The translations under genes and the position numbers were made by a program. A DNA stretch of 64,000 nt, taken from the IMG/VR virus record IMGVR_UViG_3300046051_000062; one strand, written 5' to 3'. How positions within the stretch are numbered: position 1 is the stretch's first letter; every line of letters begins with the position of its first letter. Below, one piece after another: positions 28,143-37,215 of the stretch. The stretch comes from a virus. The notes beneath the pieces were generated by a model. That model worked only from the letters and a program-made list of their open reading frames with translations, had not been told where the DNA came from and did no database searches.

Positions 28143-28314
28143 GATGATGGTGAAGCCGTCGCGCGGCGGTGAACCGTTGCGACGGTGGTCCGGATAAGGC
28201 CCGAAGGTGGGCGCGGCGAGAGCCTCAACCGGGGAAGGGGGGTCCCCCACAGTGTGGGGGGTGGGGTTTGGGAGGTGGAGACGGTGAAAACACGTCTCCA
28301 CTCTCTCCTATTAC

Positions 28315-28337
28315 CCGGGGGAGTATAAAACTCCGGG
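28315..28337 (-). promoter_or_regulatory. TATA box (TTTTATAC on minus) inside an inverted repeat
   Basis: ccgggggagt-ataaa-actccggg; the GAGT/ACTC and CCGG arms flank the TATA; lies upstream of the leftward 25.1-28.1 kb genes. Confidence 0.45.
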
Positions 28338-28351
28338 CTGCCGCCGGGCGT

Positions 28352-29845
28352 CTACAATTCCACCCCCATCTCTCGAAGTTCCTCCTCCCACTCCTGGTAG
28401 CGTTCCCGCTTTTCCCGAACGTTCTCGAAGGCCGTGGCGATAGCCGCCTCGCCACCGCCCTCCTCCGCGATGGTCGAGTCCTCCTCGGGCTGTTGTGCCG
28501 CGAGGTAGTTTTCGACCATGCGGTCTTCCATCTCGGCGGGGTTCATCAGCAGGTCGTTGGCGACCCTGGCGTGGTCCTCGTAGGACCCGCCGGCCGACCG
28601 GGAGCCACGGTCGTGGTGGCTCACGGCGTAGGTCGCCGCGCTGTGAATCTCCCACCAGTTCGGGACGTACGCGTCGCCGGCCTGGCTGCGCAGGCGCTTG
28701 CCGGCGTGTCGCGCCAGGTAGTCCGGCAGCCCGAGGTAGGAGTACAGCGCCACCCAGGGGGCGGCGTCCTCGTCCTCGAAGCGCGACCCGAGGTCGTCGG
28801 GGAGGTCGGCGAAGTCCAGGTGGTCGTTCGCCGCCGACTGGATGACGCGAGCCAGTTGGTCGCGCTTTTCCTCCAGGCGGTCCAGCAGGTCCGCCATGAA
28901 CTCGCGCCAGTCCACCCTTCCCTCCACGTCTCCGGCGTACTTCACGACCTCGCGGTCGGTCATGCGGTGGATGCGGTTGTCACACCGCCAGTCGAACCCC
29001 TGGCCGCAGGCCCGAAACGCCCAGTCGGAGTAGAACGACCATTGGATTTCCAGGCCGACGACGACGGGTTCGCGGTCCTCGGCGAACACCGGGCTTTCGA
29101 CGTGCTGGCCGTCGATGAACAGGTCCAGCGTCCCCCGGCCGCCGCCGCGGTCCAGCCGGACTTCGCCGAACACCTTGTCGGCCCATCCACGGTCCTGCAT
29201 CTCGTGGACGAGTTCTTCGAGGGGCTGCTGTGGGTTGATGATGGTGTGGTCGTCGCCCGCGATCTGGTAGAGCGCGTCGTCGGCGATACCGACCTCCTCC
29301 AGTTGCTCGCGCTGGTTGGGGGTGAGATGCTCCTCCTCGAACTCGGCGAAGCTCATCTCCTCCAGCACCTCCGCGATGTCGCTCTGGTCGTAGCCGAACA
29401 GCGACGCGATGGCGTCCTCGTAGGAGGTGTACCCGCCGAGAGCGTCCTCGGCGGCCTGCGGGTTGATGACGGCGTTGTGCTTGGCCGTCTCCATCACGTC
29501 GCCCGTCCGGGGGTGAATCCAGGCAGGCTGGGCGTGGTTCGCCCGGGGCAGTTCCGGGATGAGCGTGTGCAGGCCGCGCTCGGGGAGGACCGAAGGGTCG
29601 AGGTCGCGCTCGATCCCCACGTCGTCCTCGAAGACGTGTTCGACCTGGTTCTGTGCCCAAAACTGCATGCTGGAATGCTGGTTCCAGACGTTCTCGGGCA
29701 GCGTCGCCGCGTCCACGTCCTCATCGTAGGTCGTCAGCCCCGCATACGGGTACACGCCGCCGCCTTCGATTGGTTCTGTGCCGATGCGTTCGGGGTCGTT
29801 GGAGCCGCTGTCGGCTCCGTCTGGATTGTGCTCCTCGGTAGACAT
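28352..29845 (-). CDS. DUF932-like mobile-element protein
   Basis: 497-aa ORF with HTIINPQQ..., VVGLEIQWSFY..., DWRCDN and KYAG pattern, and C-terminal WWEIHSAATYAVSH. Confidence 0.5.
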   Translation of the reverse strand: MSTEEHNPDGADSGSNDPERIGTEPIEGGGVYPYAGLTTYDEDVDAATLPENVWNQHSSMQFWAQNQVEHVFEDDVGIERDLDPSVLPERGLHTLIPELPRANHAQPAWIHPRTGDVMETAKHNAVINPQAAEDALGGYTSYEDAIASLFGYDQSDIAEVLEEMSFAEFEEEHLTPNQREQLEEVGIADDALYQIAGDDHTIINPQQPLEELVHEMQDRGWADKVFGEVRLDRGGGRGTLDLFIDGQHVESPVFAEDREPVVVGLEIQWSFYSDWAFRACGQGFDWRCDNRIHRMTDREVVKYAGDVEGRVDWREFMADLLDRLEEKRDQLARVIQSAANDHLDFADLPDDLGSRFEDEDAAPWVALYSYLGLPDYLARHAGKRLRSQAGDAYVPNWWEIHSAATYAVSHHDRGSRSAGGSYEDHARVANDLLMNPAEMEDRMVENYLAAQQPEEDSTIAEEGGGEAAIATAFENVREKRERYQEWEEELREMGVEL

Positions 29846-29952
29846 CGTTTCGCCCCGGTTTTCCTGCGAGGGTGACCGGAAACCTGATGCCGTCCTGCGG
29901 AGTCGAACCGCAGCGAGTCCACGACGGCGGGTGTCCGTTGGCGGTGGGGGTG

Positions 29953-30201
29953 TCACCGCTCGGGGTCGGTGAACCGTACGAGGCCCGACGCGAACAGCAC
30001 CGGGAAGATGAGGGGGGCGATAGGCCACAGGATCGAGGTGGCGGCGTAGAACACCGTCATCTGGAGCGTCTTGGTGCTCGCCTCCCTGTGTGGGTCGGTG
30101 ACGTAGACGAGCGTGTAGCTGATCGTGTACGACCAGCACGCGACGACCCCACCGAGGTAGGCAACTGCGATGGTGGTGGGGGAGACTCCCAGGAGGGGCA
30201 T
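29953..30201 (-). CDS. Small two-TM membrane protein
   Basis: Two hydrophobic helices, ILWPI motif. Confidence 0.65.
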   Translation of the reverse strand: MPLLGVSPTTIAVAYLGGVVACWSYTISYTLVYVTDPHREASTKTLQMTVFYAATSILWPIAPLIFPVLFASGLVRFTDPER

Positions 30202-30522
30202 CTACTGTCCCTCCGCCTGGAGGTCGGGGTCCGGGGTGTCGAACGCCTCGGAACATAACGCCCGCATTGCGCCCGCCGGGATGGTTCCTGTCCCATGCCG
30301 CCCTCGTGATAGGACCGTCTGCCCCCACGGTTGGTGTTCGAGTTCGGTGAAGAACCACTTGACGACCCCGTGGTCGGGAGCGTACAGTTCGAGCCGGTAG
30401 ACTGTGGTGGTGACGTTTGTCTCGACCCTGTAGAGCGATAAACGATCATGGGATGCGAGACGGGTCCCGTTGTCGTTGTCGGGGGCGTCATCTCGCCGGT
30501 CCGTTGGGTTCTCGTCAGCCAT
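30202..30522 (-). CDS. Hypothetical protein
   Basis: Coupled ORF starting MADENPTD. Confidence 0.6.
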   Translation of the reverse strand: MADENPTDRRDDAPDNDNGTRLASHDRLSLYRVETNVTTTVYRLELYAPDHGVVKWFFTELEHQPWGQTVLSRGRHGTGTIPAGAMRALCSEAFDTPDPDLQAEGQ

Positions 30523-30805
30523 CGCCCTCCGCCCCGTCGTCCGCCAGACCGAGGGCGTCCGAGAGCACCCGCGTCGCGCGGTCCAGTTCCGTGTAGAACT
30601 CGGCGAACGTAGCGTCGTCCACGTCGCCCTCGACCACGGACCCATCGGGTAGTTCTACTTCCACGTCGCGGCGCTCGAACCCTTCGCGGGGGCGTTTCTC
30701 GCGGACGACCTCGACCGTCACGTCGCCGCGCTGGTCCGGGCCGTCCCCGAGTTGCACGGAGGACTTGAGACGAGTGAACTCGCCGTCCGGGCCGTTACTG
30801 ACCAT
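30515..30805 (-). CDS. Hypothetical protein
   Basis: Acidic ORF overlapping both neighbours. Confidence 0.6.
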   Translation of the reverse strand: MVSNGPDGEFTRLKSSVQLGDGPDQRGDVTVEVVREKRPREGFERRDVEVELPDGSVVEGDVDDATFAEFYTELDRATRVLSDALGLADDGAEGDG

Positions 30806-30977
30806 CGTCGCCTTCCGTGGGGACGAGTATGGCGTCGTCGTCGCGCCATTCCCGTATCTTCGCGGCGACCCTCCCGGCGTCGCTCGCGGAGTCGAAGTTG
30901 CCGTTGGCCACGGCGTCCGTGCGGAAGTGGTCCACTGCCGTCTCGATGATGGCCTTCTCGCGTTCGGTGAACTCCAT
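30795..30977 (-). CDS. Small hypothetical protein
   Basis: Acidic ORF overlapping both neighbours. Confidence 0.6.
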   Translation of the reverse strand: MEFTEREKAIIETAVDHFRTDAVANGNFDSASDAGRVAAKIREWRDDDAILVPTEGDDGQ

Positions 30978-31210
30978 CAGGAATCGGCCTCCACGTCGTC
31001 GGCTGCCTGCATGATTTCGTCGGCCACCCGGTTGAAGTCGGCGGCGGGGTTCCCTGGCATCTTCGCGGCTGTGCGGAAGCCCTTGGCCATGTTGCGGGCG
31101 GCAGCGGGTGCGAGTCGCTGTTCGTTGTTTGGTGTTTCGACCACGACCGCGTCCTGGTCGTAGTCGCGTGCTATCACTATCTCGCCTGGGTCTGCGTCGG
31201 TATCAGCCAT
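30977..31210 (-). CDS. Small hypothetical protein
   Basis: Start taken at MADTDADPG. Confidence 0.6.
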   Translation of the reverse strand: MADTDADPGEIVIARDYDQDAVVVETPNNEQRLAPAAARNMAKGFRTAAKMPGNPAADFNRVADEIMQAADDVEADS

Positions 31211-31696
31211 GTGTTCCAAGTGGATTGACGGTGGTGCGCGGACTGCCCGCGCGGCACCGTCGAGGGACCCGCCGGGAGTCGAACCCGGTCGGGTATGGTG
31301 GTGGTGTGCAATCGGCGTCGCCAGCGTTGCATACTCCCGCTCGCTGGGCGGGCGGGCTACGTGGCTCCCACCGTCAGCGTGCCGGGTGGTCCGGCACTCG
31401 GTGGGGTGGCTGGGGTTGGATGGGGGCGTGCTTTGGGTTGTGGCCCCGAGCAGGGGTGCCTTCCCCGGCCCTTCCCGGCGGAACACGCTCGCCGTGAAGG
31501 ACATCGTGGACGGGTGGTGGCGTGGTCGGGTGGGCGCTTCGGCCCGCAGTCGCCCCACACCCCACCGCTTTGTGGTCCGTTGCGTCGCGTTTCGGTGTAT
31601 TCCACCGCATTGCACCTAAACCTTCCGGTGCCGCTGCCCGGGTGCTGGGGACGAACCATCTGGCCCCTCTCGGGACAGAATGTGGGGGTTGTGCCC

Positions 31697-32119
31697 CTAC
31701 GTCTCTGCTTTTTCCACGTCGAGGTCCAGTTCCTCGGCGATGTCGCTGACGTTGGACTCGTGGGCCTCGCGCGACGACCGGGCGCCCCCGACGGACGCGC
31801 CGGTGTTGCGGTCCAGTTCCAGCGCGTCCATCAGCAGCCCGGACGCCTCGTTGCCGGTGATGATGGGTTGGAACGCGTGGACTGACGGGATGCCCCGGGC
31901 GTCGCGGGCGAGCGTCTGTTCCTCGGCGATGGCCTCCGCGAACACGAGGCTCGGATAGTCCTCCATCCCGTAGGCTTTCAGGAACGCCTCGGTCGCGTCC
32001 TCGCTGAACGGACCCAACACCTTGAACGCCTTCTCGGGGAAGTAGTAGCTGTCCCCGTCCATCTCGGTGAGTTCGGCGAACGCTTCTCCTTTCGTGAGTT
32101 CTTCATCTATATCGGTCAT
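31697..32119 (-). CDS. Array ORF, hypothetical
   Basis: Acidic ORF; repeat at 32129. Confidence 0.75.
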   Translation of the reverse strand: MTDIDEELTKGEAFAELTEMDGDSYYFPEKAFKVLGPFSEDATEAFLKAYGMEDYPSLVFAEAIAEEQTLARDARGIPSVHAFQPIITGNEASGLLMDALELDRNTGASVGGARSSREAHESNVSDIAEELDLDVEKAET

Positions 32120-32169
32120 CTCTGGTCAGCCCCTCTCGGGGCGATTTCGTGGTGGTGCGTGGTGGGTGG

Positions 32170-32559
32170 CTACTCGATGTCGATTTCGGTTTCGCTGCAT
32201 CGCTCCACTATTTCATCGGGGAGTTCGAGCGGTGGGAAGTTGTACTGCTCGACTGTCTCGGAGAGTTCCATGCGGCGCTCCTTGCTGCGGAATCCCATCT
32301 CCTCGATGGCGTCCTGGCTGTCGCCGCCGACGACCATCCCGGGGGCCTCGCGGTAGGTGTCGAGAAACAGCTTCGGGTTCTGGTAGACGAGGTGGATCTG
32401 GAGGGCGCTCACGCGCTCGGCCTCCTCGACTGCCCCCATCGTCAGCGACTTCTCCGCGCCGGCAGCGAGAGACGCCAGCGTGGAGACGAAGTTGCGTTCG
32501 TTGAGGTGGAGTTCGGTCGGTTCGTCGGGGTCGTCGTCGTCAAGTGCGTCGGGATTCAT
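32170..32559 (-). CDS. Array ORF, hypothetical
   Basis: Repeat at 32569. Confidence 0.75.
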   Translation of the reverse strand: MNPDALDDDDPDEPTELHLNERNFVSTLASLAAGAEKSLTMGAVEEAERVSALQIHLVYQNPKLFLDTYREAPGMVVGGDSQDAIEEMGFRSKERRMELSETVEQYNFPPLELPDEIVERCSETEIDIE

Positions 32560-32601
32560 GGGTAGGTATCCCCTCTCGGGGCGGGAGGGTGGTCGTCGGG
32601 G

Positions 32602-32949
32602 TTATGCGCCGTCTGCCGCCATCTCCGTCAGCAGCACGTCGATGTCGATGATGTCGCCGTCGCCGACGCCGTAGAGGCTGCGTTTGCGGGATGGGATGGT
32701 GATGCGTCCGCTGCGTTGCACGATGAGGTCCAGCGCCCAAAACTGGACGCCCTCGGCGGTGATGCGGAGGTCCACCACGTCATCCTCCTCGATGTCGTGG
32801 CGGTCCCGGAATCGCGCCGGGATGATGATGCGTCCGTTGTCGTGAACCCGCAGGTCGGGGACACCGAACGCCTCGTCGTCGGGGTCGCGGTTCTCGTCTG
32901 TCGTCTGTGACATGTCGTCGTTCACCTGGTCCGCGTTTGGGTCGGTCAT
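32602..32949 (-). CDS. Tandem AbrB/MazE-domain protein
   Basis: Two GRIxIP motifs (NGRIIIPARFR, SGRITIPSRKR); repeat at 32970. Confidence 0.85.
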   Translation of the reverse strand: MTDPNADQVNDDMSQTTDENRDPDDEAFGVPDLRVHDNGRIIIPARFRDRHDIEEDDVVDLRITAEGVQFWALDLIVQRSGRITIPSRKRSLYGVGDGDIIDIDVLLTEMAADGA

Positions 32950-33014
32950 GCCTTAGTAATGTTGGATGTGCCCCTCTCGGGACAAGAACGGGAGGCTGTG
33001 CCCCCCCGGCGTGA

Positions 33015-33497
33015 TCAGCGGTACTCCCGGTGTTCGGAATAGCGATGCTCGCCCTTTTTACTGTCGGCGACCTCGTGGGGGTCGGCCGCCGGGTCTGTGT
33101 TCAGCCCGGTGCGCACGTCCCGGAGGAACAGTGCGGCGTCCTTGAAGTCGTCGCCGTCCTTGCGTTCGACAGACATCCAGAGCGCGGCCATCTCCAGCAG
33201 GATGAGGTCGGCCACCTGCCCCTTCGCGGGGGACGGAGTGTAGTCCTCGTCCCGTTCCTCGGCCCCCTCGATGACCGTATCGACTCGGAGGACATCGTTC
33301 GTGAACCGCCCTGCCGTGTCGAACATGGCGGCCAGGTCGGAGTCGCCGTAGTGGCGGCGCAGATGGTCCGCAGCAACGACCGAGGCGACCCCGGCGGCCA
33401 TCAGCAGGTCACGGTGGTCGGGCGCGGAGAGGCGGATGTCACCCATCTCTGTGTCGGTGCTGGCGTCGTATCGAAACTCGCCGTGTGGTCGTTCCAT
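33015..33497 (-). CDS. Array ORF, hypothetical
   Basis: Repeat at 33507. Confidence 0.75.
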   Translation of the reverse strand: MERPHGEFRYDASTDTEMGDIRLSAPDHRDLLMAAGVASVVAADHLRRHYGDSDLAAMFDTAGRFTNDVLRVDTVIEGAEERDEDYTPSPAKGQVADLILLEMAALWMSVERKDGDDFKDAALFLRDVRTGLNTDPAADPHEVADSKKGEHRYSEHREYR

Positions 33498-33573
33498 GGT
33501 GGTTTCACCCCTCTCGGGGCGGTTGTGCGCGGGAGTCCACGCTGGGGCCCCACGGCGTTAGCCGTGGGTTAGC

Positions 33574-34200
33574 TTACGGTGCGTCATCGAGCAGGGCAGT
33601 TGCCCACCGGATGGGGTTGTCGTTCGCCGCGCGGTACGACGTGTCGGCGGTGTCCTCCAGGGTGGAGGTTTCGATGAGACGGGCCAGGACTGTCGCCGGA
33701 ACGGCGACCGCCCCGCCGTGGGCTACCGGCGAGTAGTTGAACTGGCGGTCGCCCACGTCGGTGACGGTGGGTGACACCTCGTCGTTGTCGCGGCGGTCGA
33801 GCAGGCGGGTTGCTGCGAACTCCGCCCACTTGCCGTCCTGGTGGGTCCATTCCTTCTCCCAACCGCCGTCGCCGTCGGCGTAGTGGCCGTAGTACCCTCT
33901 GTCGCGGAGGGTCCCCTTGACGAGAGCCCCGACCCGCCGGGGGCCGTAGCCCATCTCCGCGAGGCCGTCGAGGTCGCTCGGCGCGCACTCGACGCAGAAC
34001 AGCCGCTTGCGGGACCACCCGTGGTGGATACTCGAAACCGTCCAGACGAACCACGCCGTCACGGGGTCACCGTGGTCGAGGTCGGTGTCGCACTCTGCGC
34101 ACGAGCAGGCGTCCTCCGACAGCGCGAACCCGCCGGTACAGCGACCAAGCACTTCGGCGTCGGACTGGTTGCTCGCGTGGTCTGCTTCTGTTCGTATCAC
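33574..34200 (-). CDS. Array ORF with zinc-binding Cys motifs
   Basis: CSCAECD...FCVEC; GTG start 5 nt after the repeat at 34206. Confidence 0.7.
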   Translation of the reverse strand: MIRTEADHASNQSDAEVLGRCTGGFALSEDACSCAECDTDLDHGDPVTAWFVWTVSSIHHGWSRKRLFCVECAPSDLDGLAEMGYGPRRVGALVKGTLRDRGYYGHYADGDGGWEKEWTHQDGKWAEFAATRLLDRRDNDEVSPTVTDVGDRQFNYSPVAHGGAVAVPATVLARLIETSTLEDTADTSYRAANDNPIRWATALLDDAP

Positions 34201-34254
34201 GGTATGTCACGCCCCTCTCGGGGCAGGATGGGTGGCTGTCGGGGAGTGGAGGCG

Positions 34255-34365
34255 CTACGGCGCGGGGTAGCCGTAGTCCGGGTTCTCGGGGTCGGTGAAC
34301 TCCGCGACGAACCAGCCGGTGGGGTTCGCGCCGTTCTCGAACGCCTCCTCGGACACGGTAAACAC
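34255..34365 (-). CDS. Array micro-ORF (about 36 aa)
   Basis: VFTVSEEAFENGANPTGWFVAEFTDPENPDYGYPAP; acidic, follows the repeat at 34367; start uncertain. Confidence 0.45.
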   Translation of the reverse strand: MFTVSEEAFENGANPTGWFVAEFTDPENPDYGYPAP

Positions 34366-34474
34366 CACCCCTCTCGGGGCGGGCGGGAAAATTGAGAGGG
34401 GCGTGACCCATCGGTTGTGTGCCTGTGCGACTGATGCCCCTTTCGGGGCCGAGCAAGGGTATCGCGGGCCGCGG

Positions 34475-34672
34475 TCACCGGTAGACCGCGAAGTGGTCGG
34501 CGGCCGCTATCTTCTTCGCCAATTCCGACTTCTCTCTCACGATGTCCCCGATGCCGCCGGGGACCGAGAACTGCACGTCCTCGCCATGGATGACATGGAC
34601 CGTAAGGACCCTGCCGTCGATGACGAGGGTGTCGCCCTGGTGGAGCCGGACGGGGAGGATTTCGTCACTCAT
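34475..34672 (-). CDS. Small beta-rich protein
   Basis: Overlaps the stop of the TOPRIM gene. Confidence 0.6.
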   Translation of the reverse strand: MSDEILPVRLHQGDTLVIDGRVLTVHVIHGEDVQFSVPGGIGDIVREKSELAKKIAAADHFAVYR

Positions 34673-35963
34673 CGTTCAGCCCCATCAGGTTCATCACGTC
34701 GATGTCTTCGCTCTCGATGGCGTCGTACATCTCCTGTTTCAGTCGGTCGCGCTGGCTGGCGAACGAGGGTGACACCACGTCGGTGTTGCCCTCGTCGTCG
34801 GTCGGCGCGTCTACGGCGCACTCGACGTACTCCTCGGCGTCCAGCGGCCTCGGGAGCAGCCGGTGGTCGGACCCCCTGACTGTGTCGAGGTCGATGGTTG
34901 CGCGGGTGCCGTCGTCGGTCGGGTAACACCGCGTGACGCCATCGGCCTCCTCCATCTGGTCGCAGGCGAACTCCAGCAGCCGGGATTGGAGTTCGTCGGT
35001 CAGTTCGTCCACGAGGTGTTCGACTGACCAGTATGCGGTCGAGGCGACGGCGGTTGCCTCGTCGGTGGTGATGCGTTCGCGGAATCGCAGATGCTCGCGC
35101 ATCGCTCCCACGACAATCTCACGCAGCGGGGCACCGCCCTCGCCGACGCCACCGATGGCCTCGATCTCCAGTCCGTAGCGGTCCTCGATGCCGTACTCGC
35201 GCAGCCACCGCTCGTCGTAGTCGTCCTCGACGGGCACCTGGAACCGTTCCTGTTCCCGAACGTGGTCGGACACCTGGTCGGGTTCGATGCCGATGCGGTC
35301 GACCTGGGTGATGTTGACGCCGAGTTGCTTGCTCCGCCGCTCGAAGTCTTCGGCTATCTCGTAGCCGGTCGGGTCGTAGTCGGACAGGACGAACAGTTGG
35401 TAGGACTGGTCGGGGTCGAGGTGGTGGGCCATGTCCTCGATGAGCGCCGTGGCCTCCCACCCGCCGCCGCTGACGAGGGACACCTCGAACACGCGCTGTA
35501 TCGGGAGGAGACGCCGGTAGGCGGCCTCCTTCTCTACGAACAATATCTTGTCGTCCTCGATGCTGCCGTGGGCGATCTCCCGCTGTCGGGAGTCGTCCAC
35601 GATGTTGAGCGCCCTGTAGGTGACCTCGCCGTCCGTGACCATATCGGAGAGGTACTCCGAGAGGTACTGCGAGTACCGGCGGTTGGCGTCGAACTCCGGG
35701 TCGTCCCACTTCTCGGGGAAGGCGTGCTGTAACGCGGTCTTCACGCCGGAGTACCAGAGGCCGCGCAGGGACATGCTGTCCTCGCGGCCTTGCCACGCCA
35801 GTTCGCGGTCGAGGATGCGCACGAGGTCTTTGATGATCCGCTTCGGCGAGAGGTTCCCCCGGTAGAGCCAGTCGTCCACCTGGCGGAACTCCGCTGCGGA
35901 CAGCGCCAGCGTCTCGTCCATCGACTGTGGCTTCCGTATCGTCTGTCGTTCGTCTCCTGTCAT
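34665..35963 (-). CDS. Topo VI-A/Spo11-like TOPRIM domain protein
   Basis: LRGLWYSG (5Y-CAP-like), ILFVEKEA, LSDYDPTGYEI, LEIEAI; start at the ATG after the repeat at 35977. Confidence 0.75.
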   Translation of the reverse strand: MTGDERQTIRKPQSMDETLALSAAEFRQVDDWLYRGNLSPKRIIKDLVRILDRELAWQGREDSMSLRGLWYSGVKTALQHAFPEKWDDPEFDANRRYSQYLSEYLSDMVTDGEVTYRALNIVDDSRQREIAHGSIEDDKILFVEKEAAYRRLLPIQRVFEVSLVSGGGWEATALIEDMAHHLDPDQSYQLFVLSDYDPTGYEIAEDFERRSKQLGVNITQVDRIGIEPDQVSDHVREQERFQVPVEDDYDERWLREYGIEDRYGLEIEAIGGVGEGGAPLREIVVGAMREHLRFRERITTDEATAVASTAYWSVEHLVDELTDELQSRLLEFACDQMEEADGVTRCYPTDDGTRATIDLDTVRGSDHRLLPRPLDAEEYVECAVDAPTDDEGNTDVVSPSFASQRDRLKQEMYDAIESEDIDVMNLMGLNDE

Positions 35964-36103
35964 AGTTGGTTGTCGCCCCCTCTCGGGGTGGTAGTCCCGG
36001 CGGGACTTGAACCTGCGGTCGCTGGCTTTTCTCCCGCGCAGGGGCGGGGGTGGGTGCCTGCTTGGTCCGCTGGTGCTTGAAGGTCGCACGCCGGGGGGTC
36101 CGG

Positions 36104-36346
36104 CTACTTCTTGTCGACCATCTCTACTAACTCCTCCATCGAGTCTTGCTGTGACTCGACTATTTCCTGTAGCTCGCGGATGTTCTCGGACTGCCGTTCG
36201 GCCGTATCCAATCCGTCATCCAGCGCCTCTTTTGCCGCGATGATGTCCCGGATGTAGTAGAAGTGGGCGCTCGTTGCTCCTGCGAGGCCGCCAACGATAG
36301 CGGCTGCAATGATGAACAACAGCGCCGTGCTGGTGGCGATAGGCAT
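36104..36346 (-). CDS. Membrane-anchored coiled-coil small protein
   Basis: N-terminal TM helix plus heptads. Confidence 0.7.
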   Translation of the reverse strand: MPIATSTALLFIIAAAIVGGLAGATSAHFYYIRDIIAAKEALDDGLDTAERQSENIRELQEIVESQQDSMEELVEMVDKK

Positions 36347-36349
36347 GGA

Positions 36350-37153
36350 TTACACCCCCGTGGACGTTGATGAGTACCAGTCGGCGTACCGGATGCCGTC
36401 GAAACCAGGTGGTCGCCTCCGCTCCGTGGACGAGGAGTCGGGGTCGATACCCAACTGTCGTAGGTCTTCGACGGTGGTGTTCTCCTCGACGCCTTTCACC
36501 TCCTGTTCGGTGAGGGTCATGTCGAAGTGGGCCTTGAGTAGCGGCGGCAGGAAAATCCCGTTGTACGGGTCGTTCGCGCACTCGATGCGGGCGAACTGTC
36601 GGAGGATGTGGCGGTTCTCCTCGGCGAACAGTTTGTCGAGGTACTGGTCGTCCTCCTCGGTGATCCCGACGGCTTCGGGGGCGTACTCGGGGTAGATGAG
36701 GGTGTTCGTTAGAGCGATGGCTGTCTCTGCGACTTCGAGCAGGTCGAGCAGGAACGGGTAGTCGGTCATGGTGCTGTCCTCCAGTGTGAGCATCCCCGCG
36801 AGGGCGTCGTCGGCGAACTGGAGTGTGGGGCCGACGTTCTCGTAGTCCTTGCGTTTGATTTGGTCGAGTGAGAAGTTGGTGCAGGACCAGCCGAACTTCG
36901 AGAGCGCCTTCATCGCCGGGCGGTTCGGCTCGGCTGCGCCATCCAGGTCTGTCTTGGCGAACACGCACTCGCGGGCCGTGCGGTCGGTGACGTTGAAGTC
37001 GTACCGCTGCTGTGGTTCGCCCACGTAGTCACAGACGAGGTTGACGGACACCCGGTCGGTGCCGCCATGTCCGTAGGACCAGTAAATTACGGTCGCGTCC
37101 CACTCGGTGCCTCGGTCGTTGATGGTGTGTTCCTCGGTGGTTTCTTTCTCCAT
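36350..37153 (-). CDS. Array ORF, hypothetical
   Basis: Repeat with GAAA loop at 37160. Confidence 0.75.
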   Translation of the reverse strand: MEKETTEEHTINDRGTEWDATVIYWSYGHGGTDRVSVNLVCDYVGEPQQRYDFNVTDRTARECVFAKTDLDGAAEPNRPAMKALSKFGWSCTNFSLDQIKRKDYENVGPTLQFADDALAGMLTLEDSTMTDYPFLLDLLEVAETAIALTNTLIYPEYAPEAVGITEEDDQYLDKLFAEENRHILRQFARIECANDPYNGIFLPPLLKAHFDMTLTEQEVKGVEENTTVEDLRQLGIDPDSSSTERRRPPGFDGIRYADWYSSTSTGV

Positions 37154-37215
37154 CGGTCATCACGCCCCTTTCGGGGCCGCATGGCGGGCGACACCTGTCC
37201 CACCTGTTTGTGGTT

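Noticed and set aside
31261-31375. Complete tRNA gene
   Set aside because: The T-arm is good, but no matching 5' acceptor strand, D-arm or anticodon arm could be built. Kept only as a tRNA-like fragment.
31357-31659. 100-aa ORF after the last repeat
   Set aside because: It is R/P/G-rich and non-acidic, unlike the other array proteins, so probably spurious.
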